Origin: an uncultured Thermoleophilia bacterium
GTDB lineage: Bacteria > Actinomycetota > Thermoleophilia > UBA2241
DNA: 64,000 nt
NCBI GenBank assembly: GCA_963702475.1
Contig: CAVPCT010000002.1
Coordinates: 128,001 to 192,000 of the forward strand
Direction of reading: 5' to 3'
A program made the translations under genes and the position numbers. Below are positions 30,384-41,965 of this stretch, piece by piece. Within the stretch, counting starts at the first letter, position 1, and each line of letters opens with the position of its first letter. The notes beneath the pieces were generated by a model, which saw only the letters and a list, made by a program, of their open reading frames with translations, did no database searches and was not told the origin of the DNA.

Positions 30384-30590
30384 TACCCTCAACCTCGGCC
30401 TCACTGTGTGCTTGAATGAGGTAGAGGGTGCCGAGCGGTTGACGCCCATTTTGGCCTTGAGTAGTGTAGGTCCACGGTGCGGACTGCGGGGTCGACGGAC
30501 CTGGTTCCGACCGCAAAACCGCCGCAAACATGGGAATTACGCGGAGCTTGACCGGGGGCCTGCAGCGGCCCTCGACCTGTACATGAGAGT
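30384..30590 (+). promoter_or_regulatory. ftsZ promoter region with an inverted repeat and candidate FtsR-like boxes
   Basis: TTGACG (30439-44), 17 bp, TAGTGT (30462-67). Inverted repeat ACCCTCAACCTC (30385-96) / GAGGTAGAGGGT (30418-29). CCCTCGACCTGTACATGAGAGT at 30569-90. Confidence 0.6.
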
Positions 30591-30641
30591 CTGTCGGCGA
30601 CCGCGATGGCGAGCCTCGACCGCCACAGGAGGGTCAGCATC

Positions 30642-31736
<1,095 letters not shown>

Positions 31737-31836
31737 GCGGCGGCTCGAACCGCCCCCTTCCGTGGCGCGTCTCAGGGACGTCGACGGGCTGCGCCGGGCT
31801 CCAGGACGGACCTCAGCGGACCCTGCGCGGCGTGAG

Positions 31837-31865
31837 TTGCACGGGCCATGTCCGTCGGGTAGTGT
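31837..31865 (+). promoter_or_regulatory. sigma70-type promoter of secDF
   Basis: TTGCAC, 17 bp, TAGTGT. Confidence 0.55.
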
Positions 31866-31909
31866 GTACCGCCTGACGGCCCAAGAAGGTCTTCGGGCTT
31901 GAGGACTCC

Positions 31910-33535
31910 ATGAAGAGACACAGAAACCTCATCATCATGCTCGTGATGGCCGCCCTTGTGGTGGTCTCGCTGTACTACATCATCCCGCCCAGCGAGAAGA
32001 CCCGGCTCGGCCTCGACCTGCAGGGCGGCCTCGAGGTCGTCTACAGCGCCAGGACGGTCGACGGCAAGACGCCGTCGGACGCCCAGATGGACCAGACGAT
32101 CGGCATTCTGGACCGGCGCGTCAACGGTCTGGGCGTCACCGAGTCGACCATCCAGAAGCAGGGCACCGACCAGATCGCCGTGGCGCTGCCGGGCATCGAC
32201 GACGCCGAGCAGGCTCTGGCGATCATCGGCAAGACGGCGCAGCTCGAGTTCTACAAGGACGACCCTGAGTCGCGCCCCGTGGGCCCCGTCGCCACCAAAG
32301 AAGAGGCCCTTGAGGAACTGAAGAGCCAGGGCGTCTCCCAGAGCGAGATCGACCAACTGGCGACGGAGGGCAACACTGCCGACTACGCGCTCGTCGAACG
32401 GCAGGCCAGCGAGGCCGACGGTGTCGCTGCGGCCTGGTACGTGTACAAACGGCCACCGGCGCTCACCGGTGACGCCATCTCCGGCGCTCGCGCCGGCTAC
32501 AACAGCAGTGGCCAGCCCAACGTGCTGATCGATTTCACCTCGGAGGGTAGTGAGACGTTCCAGGAGATCACCCGCGAGCTGTTCCGCACCGGCCTCCTCA
32601 AAGACTCGCCGCAGACGTTCGCCATCGTACTGGACAACGTCATGGAGTCGGACCCGTACATCGACTACACGGATCCTGGACTGCGCGACGGCATCAGCGG
32701 CGGCGCCGAGATCAGCGGCGGCAACATGACCGTCCAGGAGTCGCAGGACCTCGCCTTCGTGCTCAAGACCGGTGCGCTGCCGGTCAAGCTCGATCCCGCG
32801 TACCAGCAGCAGGTCTCGGCCACGCTCGGCAAGGACTCGCTGGACCAGGCCCTCCTTGCCCTCCTCATCGGCCTGGGCCTGGTGCTGCTCTACATGCTCC
32901 TCTTCTACCGTTTCCTGGGGCTGGTGGCAGACCTCGCGCTCCTCGTGTACGGCATCCTGCTCTGGGGGCTGTTCAATGTCATCCCGGTCACGCTCACGCT
33001 GCCGGGCGTCGCCGGCCTTATCCTCACCATCGGGGTGGCGGCCGACGCCAACGTCGTCATCTTCGAGCGCATCAAGGAAGAGGTCAGCCACGGCAAGACC
33101 GTGCGTTCCGCCGTGAACTCGGGGTACGCGCTCGGCTTCAAGACCATCCTCGACGCCAACGTCCTGACCCTGCTCACCGCGCTCGTGCTGTTCATCTTCG
33201 CCACTGCGCAGCCGAAGGGGTTCGCCGTCACGCTCATCCTTGGCGTGGTGGTCAGCATGTTCACGGCCGTGCTCTTCACGCGGGCGATCCTCGGCGTGCT
33301 CGCCGGGTTCGCCTTCTTCAACCGGGCGTCGCTCATGGGCGTCAAGCCGTCACACATCCAGCAAGCGAAGGCCGAAGAAGCCAAGCTCGCGCGCGATACC
33401 GCCGGGCGCACACGCGCCGGCGCCGCCGCGCAGCCGGTGACTGAGGCCGCGCCCGCGGGCGGCGACGCCGCGTCCGCCGCCCGCCCGGCCGGGCCGCGCC
33501 GGAAGTCGACAAGCAAACGCAAGACGCGGAGGTAG
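31910..33535 (+). CDS. secD: Protein translocase subunit SecD
   Basis: LGLDLQGG, RRVNGLGVTE, FAIVLD, GALPV, DANVVIFERIKEE. Confidence 0.96.
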   Translation: MKRHRNLIIMLVMAALVVVSLYYIIPPSEKTRLGLDLQGGLEVVYSARTVDGKTPSDAQMDQTIGILDRRVNGLGVTESTIQKQGTDQIAVALPGIDDAEQALAIIGKTAQLEFYKDDPESRPVGPVATKEEALEELKSQGVSQSEIDQLATEGNTADYALVERQASEADGVAAAWYVYKRPPALTGDAISGARAGYNSSGQPNVLIDFTSEGSETFQEITRELFRTGLLKDSPQTFAIVLDNVMESDPYIDYTDPGLRDGISGGAEISGGNMTVQESQDLAFVLKTGALPVKLDPAYQQQVSATLGKDSLDQALLALLIGLGLVLLYMLLFYRFLGLVADLALLVYGILLWGLFNVIPVTLTLPGVAGLILTIGVAADANVVIFERIKEEVSHGKTVRSAVNSGYALGFKTILDANVLTLLTALVLFIFATAQPKGFAVTLILGVVVSMFTAVLFTRAILGVLAGFAFFNRASLMGVKPSHIQQAKAEEAKLARDTAGRTRAGAAAQPVTEAAPAGGDAASAARPAGPRRKSTSKRKTRR

Positions 33536-33537
33536 CG

Positions 33538-34485
33538 GTGTCCTTCTTCCGTCGCCTGTATCAGTACGACTTCATGGGCCACAAGGTCTGGTGGTTCGCC
33601 CTCTCCGGCATCCTCATCGCCGTAAGCGTCTTGAGCCTCGGTATCAAGGGTCTCGACTTCGGGCTCGAGTTCCAGGAGGGGACACGGATCACGGTGTCGT
33701 TCGAGCAGCCCCCGGCGCTCGGCGACCTTCGCGAGGCCGTGGCCGAGGCCGGGTACTCCAACGCGCAGATCCAGCAGACCTCCAATGTGGCGGGCGCCAG
33801 CGTCGAGGGCTTCCAGATCCAGGTGCCGATGCTGTCAAGCGCCGAACAGGTGGCGCTGCGCAAGGCGCTGGACGAGCAGTTCACCATCGAGGGCCCGGAC
33901 GGTAAGCAGGTCTGGGGGGTCGAGACCGTGAGCGCCTCGTTCGGCCGGCAGGTCGTCAGTTCGTCCCTCAAGGCCATCGGCGTCGCGTTGCTGCTCATCC
34001 TCGCCTACGTCACGTTCCGCTTCCAGTGGAAGTACGCGCTCGGCGCCATCGCCGCGGTCATTCACGACACCGTGATCGTCGTCGGCATCTACTCGCTCAC
34101 CGGTCGCGAGGTCAGCACGGCGACGATCGCCGCCGTCCTCACCATCATGGGCTACTCCCTGTACGACAACGTCATCGTCTTCGACCGTATCCGGGAGAAC
34201 GAGGGCAAGCTCACGCGCATGACCTACGGCCACCTGGTGAACGAGTCGCTGGTGGAGATGCTGACGCGGTCGCTGAACACGACGCTCATGAGTTTGCTCC
34301 CGGTGATCTGCCTGCTCCTGTTCGGCGGTGAGACGCTCAAGGACTTCGCTTTCGCTCTGCTGGTGGGCATCATCCTCGGCGCGTACTCCACCTTCTTCGT
34401 CTCCGGACCGGTGCTCACGGTCCTCAAGGAGCGCGAGCCGCGGTACAAGAAGCTCAAGATGGCGGCTCGCGCCGAGGAGGCCTGA
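33538..34485 (+). CDS. secF: Protein translocase subunit SecF
   Basis: GLEFQEGT, HDTVIV, GYSLYDNVIVFDRIREN, RSLNT. Confidence 0.96.
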   Translation: MSFFRRLYQYDFMGHKVWWFALSGILIAVSVLSLGIKGLDFGLEFQEGTRITVSFEQPPALGDLREAVAEAGYSNAQIQQTSNVAGASVEGFQIQVPMLSSAEQVALRKALDEQFTIEGPDGKQVWGVETVSASFGRQVVSSSLKAIGVALLLILAYVTFRFQWKYALGAIAAVIHDTVIVVGIYSLTGREVSTATIAAVLTIMGYSLYDNVIVFDRIRENEGKLTRMTYGHLVNESLVEMLTRSLNTTLMSLLPVICLLLFGGETLKDFAFALLVGIILGAYSTFFVSGPVLTVLKEREPRYKKLKMAARAEEA

Positions 34486-34504
34486 GGCGCCGCACGTGGG
34501 GACT

Positions 34505-34541
34505 TCGAGCGCCGGTCGAGGTGGTCTCGACCGGCGCTCGA
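34505..34541. terminator. Perfect 16-bp-stem hairpin after secF (terminator or REP-like)
   Basis: TCGAGCGCCGGTCGAG-GTGGT-CTCGACCGGCGCTCGA; no strong U tract. Confidence 0.55.
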
Positions 34542-34718
34542 CGCTTCTGGGGGCCTGCGCGACATGGCTCAGGCTCCCGCAGAGGCTCACGACGTACGCC
34601 GCAGAATCCGCTCCCCTGTGTCTTTACAGGGGCCTCTCTCGGGTCTAGCGTCGCGGTCGGGCCGGCGGTGGCCGGCGGCGCGCGATGAACGCGCAGGGGC
34701 GACGCGTGAGGGGGCACA

Positions 34719-35162
34719 GTGGAGCATCGATCGGGGGCCGGAGGCGGGGGGAGCCGGCGGGGTTCGCGGCTACGCCTGTACGTCCCCGATGAGCCCGGAG
34801 CCCCGCCGGTGCTCATGCTGTCCGGCGAGTTCGACGTGGCCAACGTGCGCGAGATCGACCGCTTCCTGCGCCGCCGCCTGGGACCCTTCTATCACCGTGG
34901 CGACCTAGTCATCGACCTCAGCGGGACGAGCTTCATCGACTCGAGCTTCGTGGGCTTTCTCGTGCGGCTCGTGAAGGAGCTGCGCGGTGCCGGCAGAGAG
35001 CTCCTGCTGGTGCGCCCCGGGGGGCAGGTGCGCCGCGTCTTCGCGATCGTGGGGTTGCCCAACCTGGTACCGGTGTTCGACTCGCTCGAGGATGCGCTCG
35101 GGTCGCTGCGCAGGGGTCCGCTGCCACTCATCCCGCCCCGCTTCGAGTTGCGCCGGGCGTAG
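34719..35162 (+). CDS. STAS-domain anti-sigma factor antagonist
   Basis: LSGEFDV, LVIDLSGTSFIDSS, VRRVFAIVGL. Confidence 0.85.
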   Translation: MEHRSGAGGGGSRRGSRLRLYVPDEPGAPPVLMLSGEFDVANVREIDRFLRRRLGPFYHRGDLVIDLSGTSFIDSSFVGFLVRLVKELRGAGRELLLVRPGGQVRRVFAIVGLPNLVPVFDSLEDALGSLRRGPLPLIPPRFELRRA

Positions 35163-35245
35163 GCTCGAGGGGGGTCAGGCGCAACAGGAATCAGGGCCGC
35201 GCCGGTGTCGCGTGGCCGGGACGCCGTCCCTGCGGGCGGGGGCCT

Positions 35246-35569
35246 TCAGGAGGCGCGCGGGTGGGCGCTCACGTCGCCCATCACGCGTGCCGCCAGCATG
35301 CGGGCCTGAAAGGCCTTCATGCGGCAGCCGTCGCTGCAGTACTTCTTGGCGGGGTTGGTGGTCACAAAATCCCGGCCGCACAGCTCGAAGGCGCAGCGCC
35401 GGGACATCTCCTCGTGGTGGCTGACACCCCGCACTCCCGGATGGAACTCCTCTCTCCATCCGTCCCCGTGCAGAGCGCACACCTGAGAAGGGTTGTAGGC
35501 GGAGAGCCTCGTTCCGCAGCCCTCGACCCTGCAGATCCTGCCGACCCCGTATGTGCGTGTCTTGTCCAT
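35246..35569 (-). CDS. Small double zinc-finger protein (C-terminal finger CGNR-like)
   Basis: C-x4-C-x12-C-x2-H and C-x4-C-x13-C-x3-C followed by RMKAFQAR; RBS GAGGA. Confidence 0.75.
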   Translation of the reverse strand: MDKTRTYGVGRICRVEGCGTRLSAYNPSQVCALHGDGWREEFHPGVRGVSHHEEMSRRCAFELCGRDFVTTNPAKKYCSDGCRMKAFQARMLAARVMGDVSAHPRAS

Positions 35570-35625
35570 GTCCTCACCGTCTCGTGGGGCGTACGCGCAC
35601 GCCCACGCGGGAAGTCACGGCACTG

Positions 35626-35985
35626 TCAGGGTGCTGCCGCTTTGATGGCCTCGGCGCGCGACGGGTAGATGCCGAAGATGCGGTCGAGGCCGGTGATCTC
35701 GAAGATGCGGATGATGTTCTCGTCGGTGCAGACGATGTCGAGGTTGCCGTTGCGGGGCCGCACCCGTTTGGCGCCGCTCACGAGAACGCCCAGCGCGGTG
35801 GAGTCGATGAAGGTGACCTGGGAGAGGTCGACGATGACCCGGCGGGCGCCGCCCTCGATGCCGTTCACGAGGACTTCCTTGAACTGCGGCGCGGAGTAGA
35901 TGTCGATCTCCCCTCCGAGGACCACGACACCGACGTCGTCACTCGGCGTCTCGTAGACGACGCTGAACTGCGGCCGTTCCTCCAT
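35626..35985 (-). CDS. Anti-sigma factor antagonist (RsbV/BldG-like STAS)
   Basis: GEIDIYSAP, VDLSQVTFIDSTALGVLV, RIFEITGL; RBS GAGGAGG. Confidence 0.92.
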   Translation of the reverse strand: MEERPQFSVVYETPSDDVGVVVLGGEIDIYSAPQFKEVLVNGIEGGARRVIVDLSQVTFIDSTALGVLVSGAKRVRPRNGNLDIVCTDENIIRIFEITGLDRIFGIYPSRAEAIKAAAP

Positions 35986-36061
35986 GCACGCCTCCTCTCG
36001 TTCCTCTTGTGGCTGGGCGGACGGGCACCGAAGGCGTGCGCCCGAGTGCTCGTCCACTTAG

Positions 36062-36086
36062 TTTCCGGAGGGGGTGGCAGCTAAAC
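36062..36086 (-). promoter_or_regulatory. Candidate SigB/SigF-like promoter of the RsbV/BldG-like gene
   Basis: Minus strand GTTTAG-N13-CGGAAA, close to the GTTT-N-GGGWAW consensus. Confidence 0.4.
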
Positions 36087-36140
36087 CCACCGGGGCAGGA
36101 CGGCGCCGGCCGCGCGGGCGGCGGGCGACCGGCCGCGGCG

Positions 36141-37697
36141 TCAGGGGGGCGCCGTGGGAAGCAGGTCCTCGCCGGTCGCGTGACCGCGCACGGCGTACGC
36201 GGCGATCATGCGGTCGGTGATCCACTCCACCGGGGCGCGGTCGTCGGTCCACGGCTGCGAGGAGGGGGCCGCGGGTCTCAGGTCCCGGGCGAACAGCTCC
36301 GTGTCCAGGAGGATCGGCTGGGGCGCCGACAGCAGGCGGGTGCGCAGTACCTCTTCGGGCTGCGGCGAGCTCAGGCCGACGACGAACTGGTTGAAGCGCA
36401 GCGCCTGCCAGGTGACGACCTGGGGGAGCTCGGTGGCGAGGGTGCCGGCGACGGCCTCCGCGAGGCGGTGGTCGCCGGGCACGGTGGTGACGTTGAGGGC
36501 CACGAGCCCGCCGGGTGTGAGCCGCTGCTTGCAGAGGCGGAAGAACTCCTGCGTGGTGAGGTAGAACGGCACGTAAGGCTGGCGGTAGGCGTCGATGAGG
36601 ATGAGGTCGTAGCGCGCCCGCGTGCTGCGCAGGAACGGGCGCGCGTCGGCGTCGTGCACCGTGAGGAGCGGGTTGTCGTCGAGGCCGAACCAGCGCCGGC
36701 CGACGGCCGTGACGGCCGGGTCGATCTCGACGCCGTCGATACGCGCCTCGGGGTAGTAGACGCCGTAGGCGCGAGCGGTGGTGCCCGCCGCGTTACCGAG
36801 GATCGCGACGCGGCGCACCGGACGTCCGAGGAGCGGCGGCGCGGTGAGGAACATGTCCCACTCGCCGCCGGTCAGCACCGTGTCGGCGCGCCAGATGGAG
36901 TGCACGGCGAGGCCCTCGTTCAGATAGAGCAGCCGCTCGGGCCCTTTCTGCACCACCTGGATGAACTGGTACTGCGACTCCTCCTCGTGCACGAGACCGG
37001 GAGAGGCCTTGACCACGCCGGGTGGCAGCGCCAGCAGCCCACCGATGACGGCCGCCACGACGAGGCCCGGTACGAGCCGGCGGCGCCCGAGCAGCGGCAG
37101 CGCCGAGAGGGCTATCACCAGCGCCGAGCACAGGAGGGTGCGCTGCGTGCCGATGAGCGGGATGGCGACGAGGGCTGCGAAGAAGGTGCCGAGGATGCTC
37201 CCGGCCGTGGAGAGGGCGAAGATGCGCCCTGCCACGCGTCCGGCGTCGGCCACGCCGGTGGTGGCCAGACGGACGGCGAACGGCGTCACCATGCCGAGCA
37301 GCACGACCGGCGGCGCGAACAGCAGCAGCGAGGCCGCGAAGGACCCCACCACCGCGCCGGTGGAGATCGTGTCGAGGCCTCGCACGGAGAGGTCGAGAAG
37401 GGGCCGCGCCACGAAGGGGACCGCGGCCACCAGCGCCGATGCGACCAGCACGATGGTCGCGAGCAGCGTCGCCGACGGACGCTTGTCCGCCCACTTGCCG
37501 CCGAGCCAGTACCCCAGGGACAGCGACACGAGGATGAGCCCGATGATGTTGGCCCACACCACCGTCGAAGACCCGTAGTAGGGCGCCAGCAGCCGTGAGG
37601 CGCACATCTCGGTGGCCATGGAGCCGATGCCGGCGAAGAAGACGAGGGCGGTGAGGGCGCGGCGGCGGGGTCGCTCTTGGGGTGCGGTGCTCATCAC
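36141..37697 (-). CDS. Fused MFS-like membrane domain / spermidine synthase-like methyltransferase
   Basis: About 7 TM (RLLAPYYGSSTVVW, ALSTAGSILG), then ILGNAAGT, VEIDPAV, DARPFL, DLILIDAY. Confidence 0.88.
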   Translation of the reverse strand: MMSTAPQERPRRRALTALVFFAGIGSMATEMCASRLLAPYYGSSTVVWANIIGLILVSLSLGYWLGGKWADKRPSATLLATIVLVASALVAAVPFVARPLLDLSVRGLDTISTGAVVGSFAASLLLFAPPVVLLGMVTPFAVRLATTGVADAGRVAGRIFALSTAGSILGTFFAALVAIPLIGTQRTLLCSALVIALSALPLLGRRRLVPGLVVAAVIGGLLALPPGVVKASPGLVHEEESQYQFIQVVQKGPERLLYLNEGLAVHSIWRADTVLTGGEWDMFLTAPPLLGRPVRRVAILGNAAGTTARAYGVYYPEARIDGVEIDPAVTAVGRRWFGLDDNPLLTVHDADARPFLRSTRARYDLILIDAYRQPYVPFYLTTQEFFRLCKQRLTPGGLVALNVTTVPGDHRLAEAVAGTLATELPQVVTWQALRFNQFVVGLSSPQPEEVLRTRLLSAPQPILLDTELFARDLRPAAPSSQPWTDDRAPVEWITDRMIAAYAVRGHATGEDLLPTAPP

Positions 37698-37829
37698 GGC
37701 GAGACAGTCTACCGGACCGGCGCCGGCGATGACGGCGCCGGGCTCGGTGCGGGCGCTGGTCGGGCGCACGTATGGCGGCGGCCTTGCGGGCGCTGGGCAG
37801 GCGCGCGGGTTGCGAGGGAGAGGGGGAAG

Positions 37830-37905
37830 TGGTGGAGGTAAGCGGGCTCGAACCGCTGACCTTCTGGCTGCCAGCCAGACGCTCTCCCAGCTGAGCTATA
37901 CCCCC
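37830..37905 (-). tRNA. tRNA-Ala (anticodon GGC)
   Basis: GGGGGTATAGCTCAGCTGGGAGAGCGTCTGGCTGGCAGCCAGAAGGTCAGCGGTTCGAGCCCGCTTACCTCCACCA; cloverleaf, G3:U70 pair, encoded CCA. Confidence 0.97.
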
Positions 37906-37939
37906 ACTCGAGGTGCCGGACGGGTCCGGCAGGCAACGA

Positions 37940-37968
37940 AGTATACCCGCGGACTCCGGGGGTCGCAA
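37940..37968 (-). promoter_or_regulatory. sigma70-type promoter of tRNA-Ala
   Basis: Minus strand TTGCGA, 17 bp, TATACT. Confidence 0.7.
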
Positions 37969-38094
37969 CTTCGCTGCCGCGGGGTTCCGTGGACGCCGAC
38001 GAGAGTCCCGCTCCGCGGCCCGGCCCGACCTGTCGTGTAGAATCAGGCGTCGCGCACGGCTTCGGCGCGAACGACCACCGTTCGAAAGGACCCA

Positions 38095-40572
<2,478 letters not shown>

Positions 40573-40585
40573 GGCGCGGGCCGGC

Positions 40586-41011
40586 TCAGCTCAACGCGCC
40601 CTCGATCTTGGTGAGGGCTTCCTTCTCGTGCGGGCCCACGCCCTTGGATGCGGCGGCCGTGGCCTGCGCGACGCCCATGATGAACGCCTTGAAGGCGTCG
40701 ACGTCGTCGGGTGACTTCGCTGCGACGATCTTCAGCGCCTCGTGGATGCGCTTCACGGCCTCATCGCCGAGGTGCGCGTGGTCGTGGGTCATCCGCTTGT
40801 CGTGGCTCAGCTTCACACTGCCCGCAAGGTCGTGGACGAGCGGGCTGGTGGTGTCTGCCTTGGCATGGGCCATGAACTTCGCCGCCGCCGTGGCCTCCTT
40901 GAACGTCGCCCAGAAGCTGGCTTCCGCCAGCGACACGTACGTCATCGTGTCGGTGACCGCCCACTCCAGGGTGGTCCACTCGTCGTCGGTGAACAGGGTC
41001 TTGCTCGTCAT
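40586..41011 (-). CDS. Conserved hypothetical helical protein (possibly TerB-like)
   Basis: FTDDEW N-terminus, VAQATAAAS.GVGPHEKEALTKI C-terminus; RBS AAGGAGG. Confidence 0.7.
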   Translation of the reverse strand: MTSKTLFTDDEWTTLEWAVTDTMTYVSLAEASFWATFKEATAAAKFMAHAKADTTSPLVHDLAGSVKLSHDKRMTHDHAHLGDEAVKRIHEALKIVAAKSPDDVDAFKAFIMGVAQATAAASKGVGPHEKEALTKIEGALS

Positions 41012-41245
41012 GCCGCCTCCTTGGTGCCGCCGGTCGGTCTCGTCGGCGTGACGATACTCCAGCGGCGCGGCGCTCGCACCGCGCGGCGGTCGCGGTTTCC
41101 GTCACGACTGGGTCTCCGGCAACGTCAACCGGTGCTATCCCCCCTGAGGGGCGATGCCGTGGCGGCCTGCCGGGGCTAGCCTGTGTGTGCCACGCGTCTT
41201 CGCCACGTGGCCTCACCCGCACCAGCAGCTACCCGGGAGGTCCTC

Positions 41246-41959
41246 ATGCAACTCTCACGCCGCCAGATCATCGCGTACGTGGCGGTGGCCGCGGTCGTGG
41301 CCGCCGTGGGCGTTCGGTACCTGGTGGTGCCCAGGACCGCGGGCCGGGGCGGAGGCGAGCCTCTGATGCTGTCGAGTGTGGTCCCCGGTCAGGGGTCCTC
41401 CGCGGCCGGGCAGGCCGGCGCCGCGGGGGTGCAGATCGCCGCGGGCGCTGCGTCCGCCGGCCCGGCCGCGGCCGCATCGCCGGCGGCCGACGCCGTCGTC
41501 TACGTGTGCGGCGCCGTCAGGTCGCCCGGTGTCGTGCGCCTGCCGCAGGGCGCCCGCGTTGCGGAAGCGCTCGAGCTGGCCGGTGGCGCGACGGCCGGCG
41601 CCGAGCTCGCCGCCGTCAATCTCGCGGCCAAGGTCGTCGACGGGCAGCAGATCCTGGTGCCGGAGAAGGCCGCCGCTCAGGGGCAGGCCGGCGGCGGAGC
41701 TGGTGCACTCGCCGCCGCAGCCTCCGGCGGCACGGCCGCGGGCTCCCTCGGCCCGGCGATCCCCGGAGCGCTCGTCAACATCAACACCGCGTCGCTGGCC
41801 GAGCTCGATGTGCTCCAGGGCGTCGGGCCGTCCACCGCGCAGAAGATCATCGACTACCGCACCGCGAACGGGCCGTTCGCGCGCATCGAAGACCTCATGG
41901 ACGTGAGTGGCATAGGAGAGGCCAGGTTCGCGGCGCTGCAAGCCTCCATCACGGTGTGA
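41246..41959 (+). CDS. comEA: Competence DNA receptor ComEA
   Basis: TM, SLBB domain (VYVCGAVRSPGV, VNLAAKVVDGQQI), HhH (VNINTAS...GVGPSTAQKII...SGIG). Confidence 0.94.
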   Translation: MQLSRRQIIAYVAVAAVVAAVGVRYLVVPRTAGRGGGEPLMLSSVVPGQGSSAAGQAGAAGVQIAAGAASAGPAAAASPAADAVVYVCGAVRSPGVVRLPQGARVAEALELAGGATAGAELAAVNLAAKVVDGQQILVPEKAAAQGQAGGGAGALAAAASGGTAAGSLGPAIPGALVNINTASLAELDVLQGVGPSTAQKIIDYRTANGPFARIEDLMDVSGIGEARFAALQASITV

Positions 41960-41965
41960 TCCGCG

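Noticed and set aside
37830-37905. tRNA-Ala as a prophage or island attachment site
   Set aside because: No integrase and no duplicated tRNA 3' end seen in the window.
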